Below, in pieces: positions 1 through 13,217 of a stretch of 64,000 nt of DNA. The DNA lies in NCBI GenBank assembly GCA_951406725.2, contig OX597827.1, forward strand, positions 51,088,001 through 51,152,000, given 5' to 3'. The notes beneath the pieces are model-generated. The model ran no database searches and was not told the DNA's origin. It was given only the letters and a program-made list of their open reading frames with translations. A program made the translations under genes and the position numbers. Source of the stretch: Octopus vulgaris. Lineage: Eukaryota. Within the stretch, counting starts at the first letter, position 1. Every line of letters starts with the position of its first letter.

Positions 1-599
1 ATTATAAAAGAAATATACAGATATGTTAGTAAATACATAAGATAACGTCACTTGACTAGCAAGTACAGGTCAAAACTTACTTAAATACTCAAGGCTAAAA
101 ACTTTCAGCACATCCTGATGTGTGTGTATATGTATATATGAGAGAGACTGACAGACAGATCATATACTCAGACAGACAAGCAAGCAAATAGGTAAATTTT
201 GAAATATTGAAATGCAAACTAAAACACACACTCATGCAACTATGTAGGAATTTACTGATAAGCATCAATACAACACATACTTAAAGAAGTGAAAAGCATT
301 TAATCATAATACACAATATTTATGCACCCACTACAAGTAATTATGAATATAACCCAAATACATGAACCATTCCTCGACATTTTTAAATGTAACCTAAAAA
401 TGTGAATATCTTTTTGGATGCATGTTAGATTGGGATTACAATTCCAAACAGAGGTAACTCGTATTTTATAGCATCTGCTGCAAAGTCCTTGCAGGGAAAG
501 CAATTTATAGTCAACTAATATAATGATAATTAAAAATTTCTCTCTTAGATATTATTTTTTAAACACTGATGTAACATTTTTGATAATCAGTTATACATC

Positions 600-635
600 T
601 ATATATATATAAACATATGTGTGTGTATGTATACG

Positions 636-706
<71 letters not shown>

Positions 707-756
707 GTATATATATGTGTTTGTATATATACATACATATGTGTGTGTATATATAC

Positions 757-796
<40 letters not shown>

Positions 797-842
797 TCTT
801 ATTTACATGTACACTCATACACATACACACAAACACACACTT
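600..842. repeat. Compound TA/CA microsatellite
   Basis: Direct inspection. Confidence 0.95.
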
Positions 843-1751
843 ACGCACATAATATAATATATACAATATAACATATGTTCCAAAGTTAAATATACCATAA
901 ATATTCATATGGCATAAACATTGATATATATAACATATATTCTAATTTGTAAATTTATCCCTCAACACTGATATAGTGTTTAAACCACTAAAAGTCTGTA
1001 TAGCAATATAATTGAGATAACAGTTAAAATATTATAAAGCATTGAAACAGCATGAAATGCTAGCTATGAGTACTTATTAGAAAATTATTCAAGTCATTAA
1101 TAAATATACCATGTATATATAATTGCTTAGTTTGCTTCTGAAAACTAAGAAGTAAGATAAAACAAGCATACAATGAGTAAATGGTATGTTTCTTTAATGT
1201 TGTTGTTCTGGTTGTTGTTTTTTTAAAATTGCAATACTCACTTTTTGCTCACCTCTCAGCCTCATCTTCTTCATATATTAAAAATATTTGAAGTTAATAT
1301 ATTAAGAAAGAAGACACTCTTTGCAAAGTTAAATTTAAAATAATTCAAAAATATGCTAAATAAATCAGCAAAAAAATATTCAAAAAAAAACACTACACAT
1401 TTTAATTTATAATTACACAGCATGTATGTCTGTAAAGATTTATAAACCTTGTGTACAGGTCTTTATACTTGTGTGTAAGGTCTATATATCTACATGTATA
1501 TATTGGTATGTACATGAGAATGAATGATTTGATGTTCATTTTAAAAATATTTCAATTTTTTAAAAATTTCCTAATGACCTTTTTTGATTTTTTTCCTCAC
1601 TTACTTGAATAAAAAATTTATAATTTTTTCATATTTCTTTCTTTGACTTGTTCATTTTTTCCCCTTATATCTTTAGGGAGAAATGTTTCTGCATGAAATT
1701 TGTTAAGAGAGAATGTTGATAAATGCCCCAGTATTTCATTAAAAAGAGAGC

Positions 1752-2232
1752 ATTGGGCCTCACGGAGGCAATGTAGCTGATGTCAGTATGACATAAAAAG
1801 CACTTTTCAAGTGTTGGGCCTCATGAAGGCAAGGACATATGACTGAGACCTTTGGGAATATGCTGTGCTTGAGAAGAAGACCCATCAAGCCAAGTGAAAT
1901 TATAGTCATGGAAGATACTGGCAACCATGCCAGTAGCACATAAAAGCACCCATTACACTATCGAAGTGGTTGGCATTAGGAAGGGCATCTAGCTGTAGAA
2001 ACCATACGAAATCAGACTGGAGTCTGGTGCAGACCCTCAGCTTACCAGCCCTGATCAAATCATCCAACCCATGTCAGCATTGACAATGGACATTAAATGA
2101 TCATCATCATCATCATCATCATTTAGCATCCGTTTTCCATGCTAGCATGGGTTGGACGGTTCAACTGGGGTCTGTGAAGCTGGAAGGCTTCATCAGGCCC
2201 AGTCAGATCTGGCAGTGTTTCTACGGCTGGTA
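1752..2232. mobile_element. Two RTE-tail repeats joined tail-to-tail
   Basis: Plus copy ends ...CATTAAATGA; minus copy begins at once with (CAT)n. Confidence 0.8.
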
Positions 2233-2511
2233 TGATGATGATGAAATTGAAGGAGGTTCATTGTATACGTCGTATAAGGAGGACCATGTGTGCATGTGTG
2301 TGTTTGTCTCCCACCACTGCTTGACAACCAGTGCTGGTGTGTTTGTGTCCCTGTAACTTACTAGTTCAGCAAAAAAAAACAATAGAATAAGTACAAGACT
2401 TTAAAAAATAAGAACTGGGGTGAATTCATTCAACTAAAAATTCTTCAAAGTGGTGCTCTGGCATGGTTGCAGTCTAATGAATGAAACGAGTAAAAGATAA
2501 AAGATATATTT

Positions 2512-2582
<71 letters not shown>

Positions 2583-3106
2583 TATGCATATAGATGTGTG
2601 TAGAAAAAAGAAATGGGAAAATAAAGAAAGCTTCTAACAATGCAGAAAGTTTTATATGTCAGACACTAAGGCAGTCCAGAAGAACTTTCCAGAAAAAAGC
2701 AGTCCAAGAAATCAATTTCGTTATTGTATTTAAACTGCTCTACGTTTGGATTAGAAACAGCAACTCTCCAACTGTTAATCATTGTGATGTATTTTCAAGT
2801 GGTGTTGGTGGTGTATGTTATGATGTGAAAATACGTCACAACAACCACAAATTGGAGAGTTGCTTGCACCAACAGTTGAAGAGTTGCTGTTAACTCAAAC
2901 ACCGAGCAATTTAAATAATGTAATGAAATCAATGTCAAGTAAACATTTCTTGGTCTGCTTTCTTCTGAAGATGGGCTTTGTGCCTGAAACATAAACGTTT
3001 TTGTAAAACTTTCTGTATTGTTATAAGCTTTCTTTGTTTTCCTTTTCTACTTTTGTACTATAATGCCGCAAGAGAATTACAACGCTCTTATGTATATGTG
3101 TGTGTG

Positions 3107-3177
<71 letters not shown>

Positions 3178-3229
3178 TCTTTTACTTTTTCTTTCACTTG
3201 TTTCAGTCATTTGACTGCAGCCATATATA

Positions 3230-4139
3230 CAAGGTGCATTCCAAAAGTATCTGACTTTATTTTTACCTGCCAAAACTAATGTCACGTAGACAAAATTCTT
3301 TGGGTGGGAGGAGATGCCCTCTTTCCTGTGCATGAGTGAAAATTTTCATGCCCATAGGCTACATCAGATCCCAGCTGTTACTCCTATAGTGCAGACATGT
3401 AATGCTTGCTCGTTGGATTTCCTTTTGCATGCAAGATGACCAAACGTATCGAGCAGAGACTACAAACCACTGTCACTCACTAGTAATGATCATCTTCATG
3501 AAGTCTGGGTTGTGATTTATACTGTCCAGCATGTCCTGGGTGATTTCCATCAGAGTTGCTTTTGCTGTTCTGCCAGAACTTTATAGACAAATTTTGCCAG
3601 CTCTCCCCTCATACTCTAATCCTCCACTAAAATAAAATGCACTGATCCTGTGCTTATTCCCACTTCTTGAGCAATTTCCTTGATCGTTACATAATGGTCT
3701 TCTATGGCTATTCGCTGAACCTTCTCAATTGACTCCTCATTTCAGCTTGTGGATGACTCACTTGAGCATGCCTCACACTCCACTGGGGTGCAGCTATGTT
3801 TGAAGCAGTTATATCACTTCTTGATCTGAATTTTTGCCCATGGCATCATCACCAAAGTCATGCTGAATCTTCTGGATGGTTTGAGCTTGAGTATCACCAA
3901 GCTTTGATCAAAACTTGATGCCATATCTCTGCTTCATGCATTTGGTGAAAACGAAAATCCAACGAGTATGCACTATATCTCTGTATTCCAGATGTAACAG
4001 CTGGGAATTGGCACAGCCTACCAGCACGAAAATTTTCACGCATGCGCATGAAGGGTAACGTCACCTTTCACCCAAGAGATTTTGCCCATGTAGAATTAGT
4101 TTGGGCAGGAAAAAATAAAGTTCAATACAACACACCTTG
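3230..4139 (-). mobile_element. Internally deleted mariner transposon
   Basis: TA|CAAGGTG...CACCTTG|TA termini, ~130-bp imperfect TIRs, decayed transposase N-terminus MKQRYGIKF*SKLGDTQAQTIQKIQHDFGDDAMG. Confidence 0.85.
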
Positions 4140-4141
4140 TA

Positions 4142-4181
<40 letters not shown>

Positions 4182-4749
4182 CGTGTGTGTGAGTGTGTAT
4201 GTGTGCATACGTACATGCATATGTGTGTGTGTGTGTGTGTGTGAGTGTGCGTGTGTAAATATTATCAAATAAGATATTAGTGTGGGGAAAAAATTGACTT
4301 GGAATCCAACAGAGAAAAGAATATTGATTGTTAACTCCAAAAATTATCCAAATATTTTATTAGCAACCTCATTTTCAATTGGGTCAAATTTTAAAAAAAC
4401 TTCTTGAAAAAAAAGTCTCTAACTTCAACAATAACAACAATGCTGACCAATTTTCATTCCCAGAGATGATACAATACAAAATATTGATGCAATATTTGCA
4501 ATGTATTTCAAACTAGTAGGGAGAAATAACAGGAAATCAGAAATTACACATTTGACCCCAGTTACTAATTTTGCCCATCCCACTCCTCGTCCATTTACCA
4601 AATACACTCACAATGCTTTTGTCAGATCAGGGTTACTGTAGAAGATGCTTGCTTAATGTGCCAGATTGTGGAACTGAACCTGAAACCACACGGTGGAGAA
4701 ATGACCTTCTTAAGCACACATGCCTGCTCCCATATATTTATATAAATAT

Positions 4750-5460
4750 GAAAGAGAGTCAAAAATTGTACACACTCTTGTTTTTTTAATGTATTTACAC
4801 AAAAGCAGGGGATAAAGAAGTACGTCATTTTTTTATATAGTCTCCTCCTTTTTTGATGCATTTGGTCCAGCAGTCCACAAGCTTGGGTATTCTCTCCAAG
4901 AAGGTTTTCAATTGGTCGTGCAACCATTTATGCACCACTTCCTTCTCATCTTCATCCATAGGAAATCAATGACTTCGTAAACCATCTTTGAGCAGTCCAA
5001 AGGCATGATAGTCAGAAGGGGAAAGATCTGGGTTGTAGGCAGGGTGTTTCGGCACCTCAAAACCCACTTGGTTAATGGTTCAACAGCCTGGATGGCCATG
5101 TGTGGACATGCATTGTCATGCAACATCAAAACTTTCTTCGACAATAGGCTTCAGCAGTTGGTGCAAATTGTTGGCTTCAGTTTGTTGACCAGCAAAGCAC
5201 TGTATCTTGCACTGTTGATCATACACTCCTTTTCTAGAAAAATCGGATCACTGCTCTTTGTTCTTCTTTGGTGGACATTGCTAGTGGAGTGGCCATGCTT
5301 ACACTGTAAAGCCAGAAAGAAAAATGGCACAATCAGGCTCAAACTTTGACCACATGACCACAATAGTACCAACTGTAAGCACACATGCACAGAAGGCAGT
5401 GTGACAATAATAAAGATAGGTTATGGTGAAAGTGCAGATAATTTTTGACTTCCTCTCACA
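4750..5460 (-). mobile_element. Mariner remnant (catalytic C-terminal part)
   Basis: LHDNACPH motif and decayed HPxYxPDL motif; inverted ends agtcaaaaatt / aatttttgact. Confidence 0.8.
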
Positions 5461-6184
5461 TATTTGCACTGATAAAAATATATGTAGTTTGTTATCTTGT
5501 AGAAGTTATAAAGAACCAGCAAAAACATTGAATCTGTTTGTTGACTACCACATAACTATGTGTACAATGATAGCAGCTCTAAAATATTGAAAGTATAACT
5601 TCATAATTTAGTCTTAGTATCAATGTTGATAAAATTAAAATACTTGGTATGGATGATACTTTAATCAATGTTAAGTAGAGTTAGAACATATTACAGTATT
5701 TAAATACCTTGGATCATGTGTCAAAGAGAAAAACTTTGCTGCTTCGTTAGATATAAAATATAGAATTGGTTCAACGTCTTTAGCTTTTGGCCTCCTTCAC
5801 TGGAGTGTTTGGAAACAATGAGATGTACTTCTTGTGTTGTTGTATGGTATGATGCCATGGTCATTACACAAGAGCAATTTGGAAATTAATTGTTGGTAGT
5901 CATTTAAATGGTGTACATTTGCTGAATACTGAAAATATAATAGATTAATAGTCTGCAGAATGATCACACTTAATGAACATGGTTTTAGAAGCTGACTGTT
6001 TCCAAATTAAGAAACAACAATTGTGCTGGCGGGGCCATGTGAATCAAACTGATCATTCAAGGGTGCCATGCAAACAATTTACATATCTCTGTCCAAAAAA
6101 TGGCTGAAAACAATAAAAAAAATATCTAAAGAAACTAAACATTAACAATGCCGAACATCCAGCAAAAACAAAATAATAAAAATA

Positions 6185-6355
6185 CAGCAGTGTGACTGTG
6201 TGGTAAGTAGCTTGCTAACCAACCACATGGTTCCGGGTTCAGTCCCACTGCGTGGCATCTTGGGCAAGTGTCTTCTGCTATAGCCCCGGGCCGACCAATG
6301 CCTTGTGAGTGGATTTGGTAGACGGAAACTGAAAGAAGCCTGTCGTATATATGTG

Positions 6356-6390
<35 letters not shown>

Positions 6391-6610
6391 ATGTGTTTGT
6401 TTGTCTGTCTTTGTCCCCCTAGCATTGCTTGACAACCGATGCTGGTGTGTTTACTTAGCGGTTCGTCACTTAGCGGTTCGGCAAAAGAGAACGATAGAAT
6501 AAGTACTGGGCTTACAAAGAATAAGTCCTGGGGTCGATTTGCTCGACTAAAGGCGGTGCTCCAGCATGGCCACAGTCAAAGGACTGAAACAAATAAAAGA
6601 GTAAAAGAGA
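6185..6610 (+). mobile_element. tRNA-derived CORE-type SINE
   Basis: A/B-box-like head (TGTGTGGTAAG...GGTTCAGTCCC), CTTGGGCAAGT core, internal TA/TG microsatellite, A-rich tail. Confidence 0.85.
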
Positions 6611-7392
6611 GTCATGGAAGAGAATTGTTCATAGGTGACAGACACCTAAGGAGGAGAAGCGGATAAGGAGAACGTGCTGTCTCCTGCATTGATGATGATG
6701 GTGATGATGATGATGATGATTTTCTTCATAAGAGACAAATACCAATGTTGCAGCAGACATCAACAAAACGTAGAGTGTACTTACAAGCAGTGCACCTGCA
6801 TACATTTACTTATTATTGATTAGATTAAATAAAGAAATTTCGCTTAATCTCAGCAAAATATAAATTAGCAAAATTCAATTCCTCTTCTCTTGATATTAAC
6901 AAACTTAATATAGATACACAAAATATTTTATGTTGATCCAGTAAAAATCCCTTCATTAATTAACAGACCTATCCCTTTTGTGTGCTAGCAGTGATCTAAA
7001 CTTTGTGTTGGAGCCTTGGATAGGATCCCTTACAGCATTTATTCCAGCTCTCTATGTTTCAAGTTCAAATCCTGCCAAAGTCAACTTTACCTTTTATTCT
7101 TTTGTTTTGAGCTGGTTAAACGAAAAAAAAAAAAACATCATAGTCGTGGATTAGCAGAACTGTTAAAAGTTCAAGCCAGATGCCTTGCAGTGTCTCAATG
7201 CTTTACTCCTCCAGCAATGCTTATGATGACAATGACGTCTAGTTGTATCACTCTAAATCAGAGGGAAGAGTAAGTTGCATGTTTGGTCAATGGCCAGTCT
7301 TCTTTGGTGGACTTCCTAGTTTCTGTGTACCAAAATTACATGGTTGTGGAGCAAACTTCTTAATCACATAACCATAACTGCACTTATATATA

Positions 7393-7434
<42 letters not shown>

Positions 7435-7499
7435 TTATATTAAGGGCTATTACTACACATCAATGCCTCATGCTGTAAGGGACTCTTAAATATACATGG

Positions 7500-8130
7500 T
7501 ACCAATTAAAACTAGTTTCACTTGTGCCTCTGAGAACCTAATTTATGTAATAACCTGCTCGGGGTGCAGACACAACTATATTGGACAGACAAGTATGACC
7601 TTGAGGCAGAGAACCACTCTACATAAAGAGCAAATCTGTTTCCCGTAATACAGGCAAATTCCTTTCAGTGAACATAAAGAAAAATGTACAGATAACATCA
7701 AACCAAATTTCAGAGTCTTCCCCTTCTACCAGTGCAAAGACACAATTTCTCCACAAGAAAGTATAAATAAACTTTTTTCATTGAAAAATACAGAACACAT
7801 CTTAATATGAACACATAACCAACTTTTATCTTTTTACATATTTCAATTCATGATTACATCACTGTACATAAATGCCCTCATGAAACAAGTTTTCCGAAAC
7901 TTTTTTTGTGTGTATATATATATATATATTCCCCTTACCGAAAGCTCAACAGTTATCTCTCTTGCCCACAACAATAACCATTTACTTCCCTTTACTTTTC
8001 TACTTGTGGAGTCATTCACTCGTAAATATCATCACACACATGAACAAAAATTTCTTCTTAAGAAAATACATATTCAAATAAGTAAACCATAATATCATGA
8101 ATAGCGAAAGTGAAACCTGTCAATATATTA
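7500..8130 (+). mobile_element. Penelope-like element fragment (GIY-YIG endonuclease plus 3' region)
   Basis: Translates FTCASENLIYVITCSGCRHNYIGQTS..LRQR with in-frame stops; hammerhead remnant at 8091-8126. Confidence 0.8.
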
Positions 8131-8233
8131 CAAATTATATTAAAACTATGTAAAGTGTGTGTATTTTCCTTTTTTAATTTCTTATATATATATATTTAAG
8201 CGTACATATATACATACAATACTCACATACATA

Positions 8234-9140
8234 CAGGGGTTGGACAAAATAATGGAAACACCTTAAAATTTCAAACAAATTTATTTTAATATGGAGGAGG
8301 ACTGCCTTTGGCAGTAATTACAGCTTGAATTCTATGAGGTATGGACTTGTACAAAGTTTGAATTGTTTCCAAAGGAATTTTTGTCCATTCTTCAGCTAAA
8401 GCAGTCTCCAGTTCTTGTAGTGATGATGGTGGAGGATATCAACTCCTTACTTTTTTTTCCAAAATGCACCATAAATGTTCAATAATATTGAGATCTGGGG
8501 ACTGTGGTGGCTAGATAAGATGTTCAACTTCACTAGAATATTCCTCGTGCCATTCAGAAACAACTTTAACTGTGAATTGGTGCATTATCATCCTGAAAGA
8601 TTGCATTTCCCTCTAGAAACAGTTCTGCAACCATAGGATGAATTTGATCAGATAGAATGCTTAAATTGTCCTGACTATTAATTCTGCCATGAAGGGAAAC
8701 CATTGGGCTGGCAGATTTCCAAGATATAGCCCCCCCCCCCAGATCACAGATCCTCCTCCATGTTTAATAGTTGGAAGAAGGCAGTCTGGGTCAAATGCTT
8801 CTTTTGGCTGTCTCCACATGTATACTCAGCTTACAGAAATAAAGTAAAGCATGACTTGTCTGAGAAAATAACATTCTTCAACTGCTCTAGGGACCAATTC
8901 TGTAGGTTTTTACTCCACTCTAAATGCTTTGAAATGTTTGTCTTTGAAAGTAGAAGTTTTTTGATTGCAGCCCTACTGTGAAATCCAGCTTTGTGCAACT
9001 CCGAGTGTACAATTTTTGTGGAAACTAGGTTCTCGAGGTGGTCTTTAAGCTTTGCAGTAATTTTGGAAGCAGTACTTTTGTGATCATTTCAAAAAATTCA
9101 GGTAAGAGTTCGACAGTCCCTATCTGAAAGCTTTTACCAC
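8234..9140 (-). mobile_element. Tc1 transposon fragment
   Basis: TA|CAGGGGTTGGACAAAATAATGGAAACACC terminus; FQDDNAP and PPQSPDLNIIEHLW motifs on the minus strand. Confidence 0.85.
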
Positions 9141-10258
9141 AGCTTTTACATTAGATTATCTGCTAATTAGCTAGCATTAAGTATCTATATGAAGTTTGGC
9201 TGTATGTAATGTCTGTTTTCTCGAACAGCCGCTTCTACTGAGTACTGCTGTTGGTTTATTTCTTATACATAAAGGACTATAGTTTCAACTGCATACTGCT
9301 TTTTGATTCACCATAAGGTCTGTTGATATTATTATTATTGTTTAACTATTGTTATCACATTTGTTGGTTCCTCGAAAGGGAAACATTGTTGTGTTGCATT
9401 TGTTAAATAATTGTATAACGTAACCCTCCCCCTTTGGGAGAAGGAGCTTTGGTTTTTGTTTAAAAATTGAATTGTGTCCCTGTTTGGGGACACAATTCAA
9501 TTTTGACAATATTTTCACTGTTTATACGGAAGCATTTTTGTTAAAATGCCTTCGATAGAAGAAAGTCTAAAAATGAATTTCGCTGCAGCCGTCGGCGGGC
9601 GCGAACTCATTAAAATTAAAATGGAAGAAATAAAAACCTATTTCGGATTGATCACTGACAAAGATGGTGAATCTAGGATAACACCACCAAACAAAATGAA
9701 AAATTAAATTAAAGAAAAGACTATTGTCTATAAAGTATACAATGTAGAGAAAAAAAAGATTTGAACACCTGGAAGAAAGCACCATCGAAAAGTGTCTTGG
9801 TGCAACTATGAAAGATATCAAGTATCTAACCAGAGGCGGTAAATTCATCACAATAGAAGCAAGCTTCGAGTCAACGGAGCTTGCAAGTTAGTACTCGACT
9901 CGAACCTTGCAAAGTGGAAATATTTTATTTTTACCTTTATATCTGGGATGTAGGATGTCTCAGATTAAAATTTAAAATGTCCCCCCAGAAGTAGAGGTAG
10001 GCTGGATTGTAGCCACACTTCTATACAAGAGGGAGGACAAGATACAATTGATCGAAATTACAAGAGACGGGCCTACAATTCCAGTCTGTTATATATTTTG
10101 AGTATTGTTATCACAAGAGATAACAAGATATAACTTTGTATTTTGTATTTTATGTGTAGATGTATATATATAGATGTACATGTAATATGTACACATATAT
10201 ATACACATATATACATGCACTAGCACTAAGACCCGTCAACAACGGGTCATAATGCTAG

Positions 10259-10440
<182 letters not shown>

Positions 10441-10644
10441 GAAAGAAATGGATGGATACAAATATAAACACATATACAAATGACGAAGACCTATGGCGTT
10501 ATTCCATGCTAAAGAAGCCCCATCAAACCAAGTGAAATCATAGTCATGGCCAGACACTGGTGTCATGCAAATAGTACCCATGCCAGTGGCACATAAAAAG
10601 CACCCATTTTACTTTTGGAGAGGTTGCATTAGCAAGGGCATATA

Positions 10645-11988
10645 TCTTTATATATATAAAACTGAGAATGTGTCTGTCTGTGTGTTTCCCTAAAACTTGA
10701 GAACTACACAACCAATTTCATTCAAATTTTACAATGGCTTACTTAGGGTCCGGGGAGTGTCATCGGCAAAAAAGAATTTTAACTTTTTGCCTAGGGCGAG
10801 CCCACAGCAATATCATATCGTCTCCACTATGATTCCCTAAAACTTGAGAACTACACAACCAATTTCATTCAAATTTTATACATGCCTTACTTAGGGTCCA
10901 TGTAGTTTCATGGGCAAAAAAAAATGTTCAACTTCTTGCCTAGGGCGAGCCAACAGCAATATCATATCTTCACTATTTCAGTATTACGTGTTAAAAGTGA
11001 AACAAAAACATCTCTCTATTGTATGTATATGGATGTATATATATATAAATATATATTACAAAATATAAAGTTATATCCTGCGATCGTTAGTGACAACGCT
11101 CAATATATATAACAGACTGGAATAGTAGTGCTCAAATGAGCTGTATACACTTTTTAATGTGAGGGGAGGCAATGCAAGCAGCAACTACAAGAGCACTACA
11201 AAATCCACAGAAAGATCAAACACATACATATATTCATATATTCATTTATATATACAGAACAGAAATAAAGCCCGACGTTTAGAACTATATAGTAATATAT
11301 AAATATATAAACATCATATAAAAATATATTGTACGCATAAGAACTACTCGAAATTCCATAAGAAATTTAGAAATAAAAATAGCAATAAAAGTTAGAGGTA
11401 ATAATAACAATTGAATTAAATATAGTAAATATAGTAAGTTGTAATTAAAATAAAACTAATGTATGGTAATTAAAAGAAAAATAGCAATTGGTATAAAATG
11501 TATAAAAGGACTTGAACTCGAATATGTGGCTTTGCATGAATGGGAGAAATTAAAAGATTAAAAATTTAATTGAGTGCAGAAGTGAATTAGTCCAGATCTG
11601 CTAGATTGAATTATATGCTTATAAAGTAGCATTCAGTATTTATGAGAATTTGGGGGAGTACGTAATGTCTGGTCTTTCACATGTAGCCGGTATGTAATTG
11701 TGCATTTGTGTCCGTGTACTATGTGTTGTGTGTAAAAAACGTCCTGACGAGGGGAGTGTCGATTTTAAATATATGATGTTTTATATTAATTGGCGCATCT
11801 CCGAAACGGCCGTAGATGAACATTTATGTATTTTTGTAAGTGTGTATATTTATCTTCTATGTATTTTTCTCTGGAATTTTAATTCAGCTTTTTAATGTCA
11901 TTGTATGTTTTATTACCCCAAATTTTTTATTTAACAAATTTATACCAAACTAGCACTATGACCCGGCAACACCGGGTAATAATGCTAG
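10645..11988 (+). mobile_element. Non-autonomous Helitron-like element inserted into an RTE-tail repeat
   Basis: A|TC 5' end followed by TGTC repeats; 3' hairpin ACCCGG..CCGGGT then CTAG|T; host repeat resumes at ~12000; internal ~147-bp tandem duplication 10686-10980. Confidence 0.65.
11740..11818 (+). ncRNA. Minimal type-I hammerhead ribozyme motif (Penelope pLTR type)
   Basis: CGTC-CTGACGA-[14-bp stem II incl. G-U]-GAAA-C-GGCC-G-TA-GATG; canonical core, palindromic stem III loop, GUA cleavage triplet. Confidence 0.8.
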
Positions 11989-13217
11989 TATATATATATA
12001 GAAACCATGCCAAATCAAACTAGAGTACAGCTTGCCAACCATGGTCAAACCATCCAACCCATGGACAAGGGACATTAAATGATGATGATACCATTCACAC
12101 AAAAGCACACACACATATGAACTTGTATATGCCCTCACCATACAAAGAGACATCACATATGCACATGATTATAATGTGAACACAAAGACATTATTACATA
12201 CTTTTATATACATCAACAATTTATTTATAAACCATGATTTTACATATTCATTTAAGTATATACATATACATTACAATGAAATCATACATAGGTATAGAAG
12301 CACAATAGGAAGGAAAATCAAGCAAATGAATCTGGTTGAAATTAAAATCACATTTTTATTGTGTGGGTGGATACGTTAGTGTGCTTGTATGTGTGTTTAT
12401 CATGAAGGTTTGTTTCTTTTTTTTTATATTTCAAACATTTCAAACTCTATGAGTTTTACATATATATGTTCAAATGTATAAGCGAAATATTTGTCAGTGT
12501 AAAACACGATTGAAATTTTGTAATGTGTGTGATTCCATGACTATATTTTTTCGTGTGTGTGTACGCGTGAGTGTGTGTGTGTGTGTGTGTGTGCATGCAC
12601 GCGTGTGTCAATGCATTGTGAAAGCAAGCACACACTATCACATACAAATATGAGCACATATTCATATTGATATTTTGGTGTATATACATATACAAACATA
12701 CATTGTTCTTCTGAATGCATGTGCGCATGTGTATGTGTGTACATAAAAATGTCTATACTATTATAAATATATACACACATATATGTTATTATTTGTATAT
12801 GTACAAGAATGTTTGAATGATATATGTGAAGTTTACCACGAGTGATTAGTAATGATGAATGCACAGCATCATACAAGTGTTTGATGGTCTTAACTATATT
12901 TTTTAATTCACTGTATGCATATACACCTCTTTAAATACATTAAAAGTACTTGGCTATTTTAGTCTTTAAAAAACGATTAGTAGACAATTTAGTTTTAGCA
13001 TAGAATTAATTAAATATAATATACTACATATGTATATTTCTGTATACACACTCATACACATACACCCACACAAACATACACACACACATACTTTTTCATA
13101 TTTACACACAAACAGGTGTACTTGTGGTGTATGTGATAGAGAAAGAGAGAGAGAGTGTGAGAGTGTGTGTTTTGCTTTGTATACAGATTGTATACATACA
13201 GTTTAATTCAAATTCTC

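Noticed and set aside
559-908. YI/VC/HT-repeat ORFs here and at 26802-27896, 59397-59695, 63449-63902
   Set aside because: Stop-free translations of dinucleotide microsatellites, not genes.
1-1700. Unique AT-rich stretch that might be a UTR or exon of another gene
   Set aside because: No convincing ORF or paired splice sites; cannot be assigned from sequence alone.
5770-5808. Faint minus-strand hammerhead-like remnant
   Set aside because: Both core boxes are broken. Noted because, if real, it would be a counterexample to the strand-bias finding.
6185-6260. tRNA-like sequences at SINE heads (also 17091, 22607, 48256)
   Set aside because: Only A/B boxes; no full cloverleaf, and they continue into SINE bodies.
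6572-6592. CAGTC-AAAG-GACTGAAAC hairpin in SINE tails resembling hammerhead stem II plus GAAAC
   Set aside because: No CUGANGA or UUGANAA core upstream; it is the LINE-derived 3' stem-loop.
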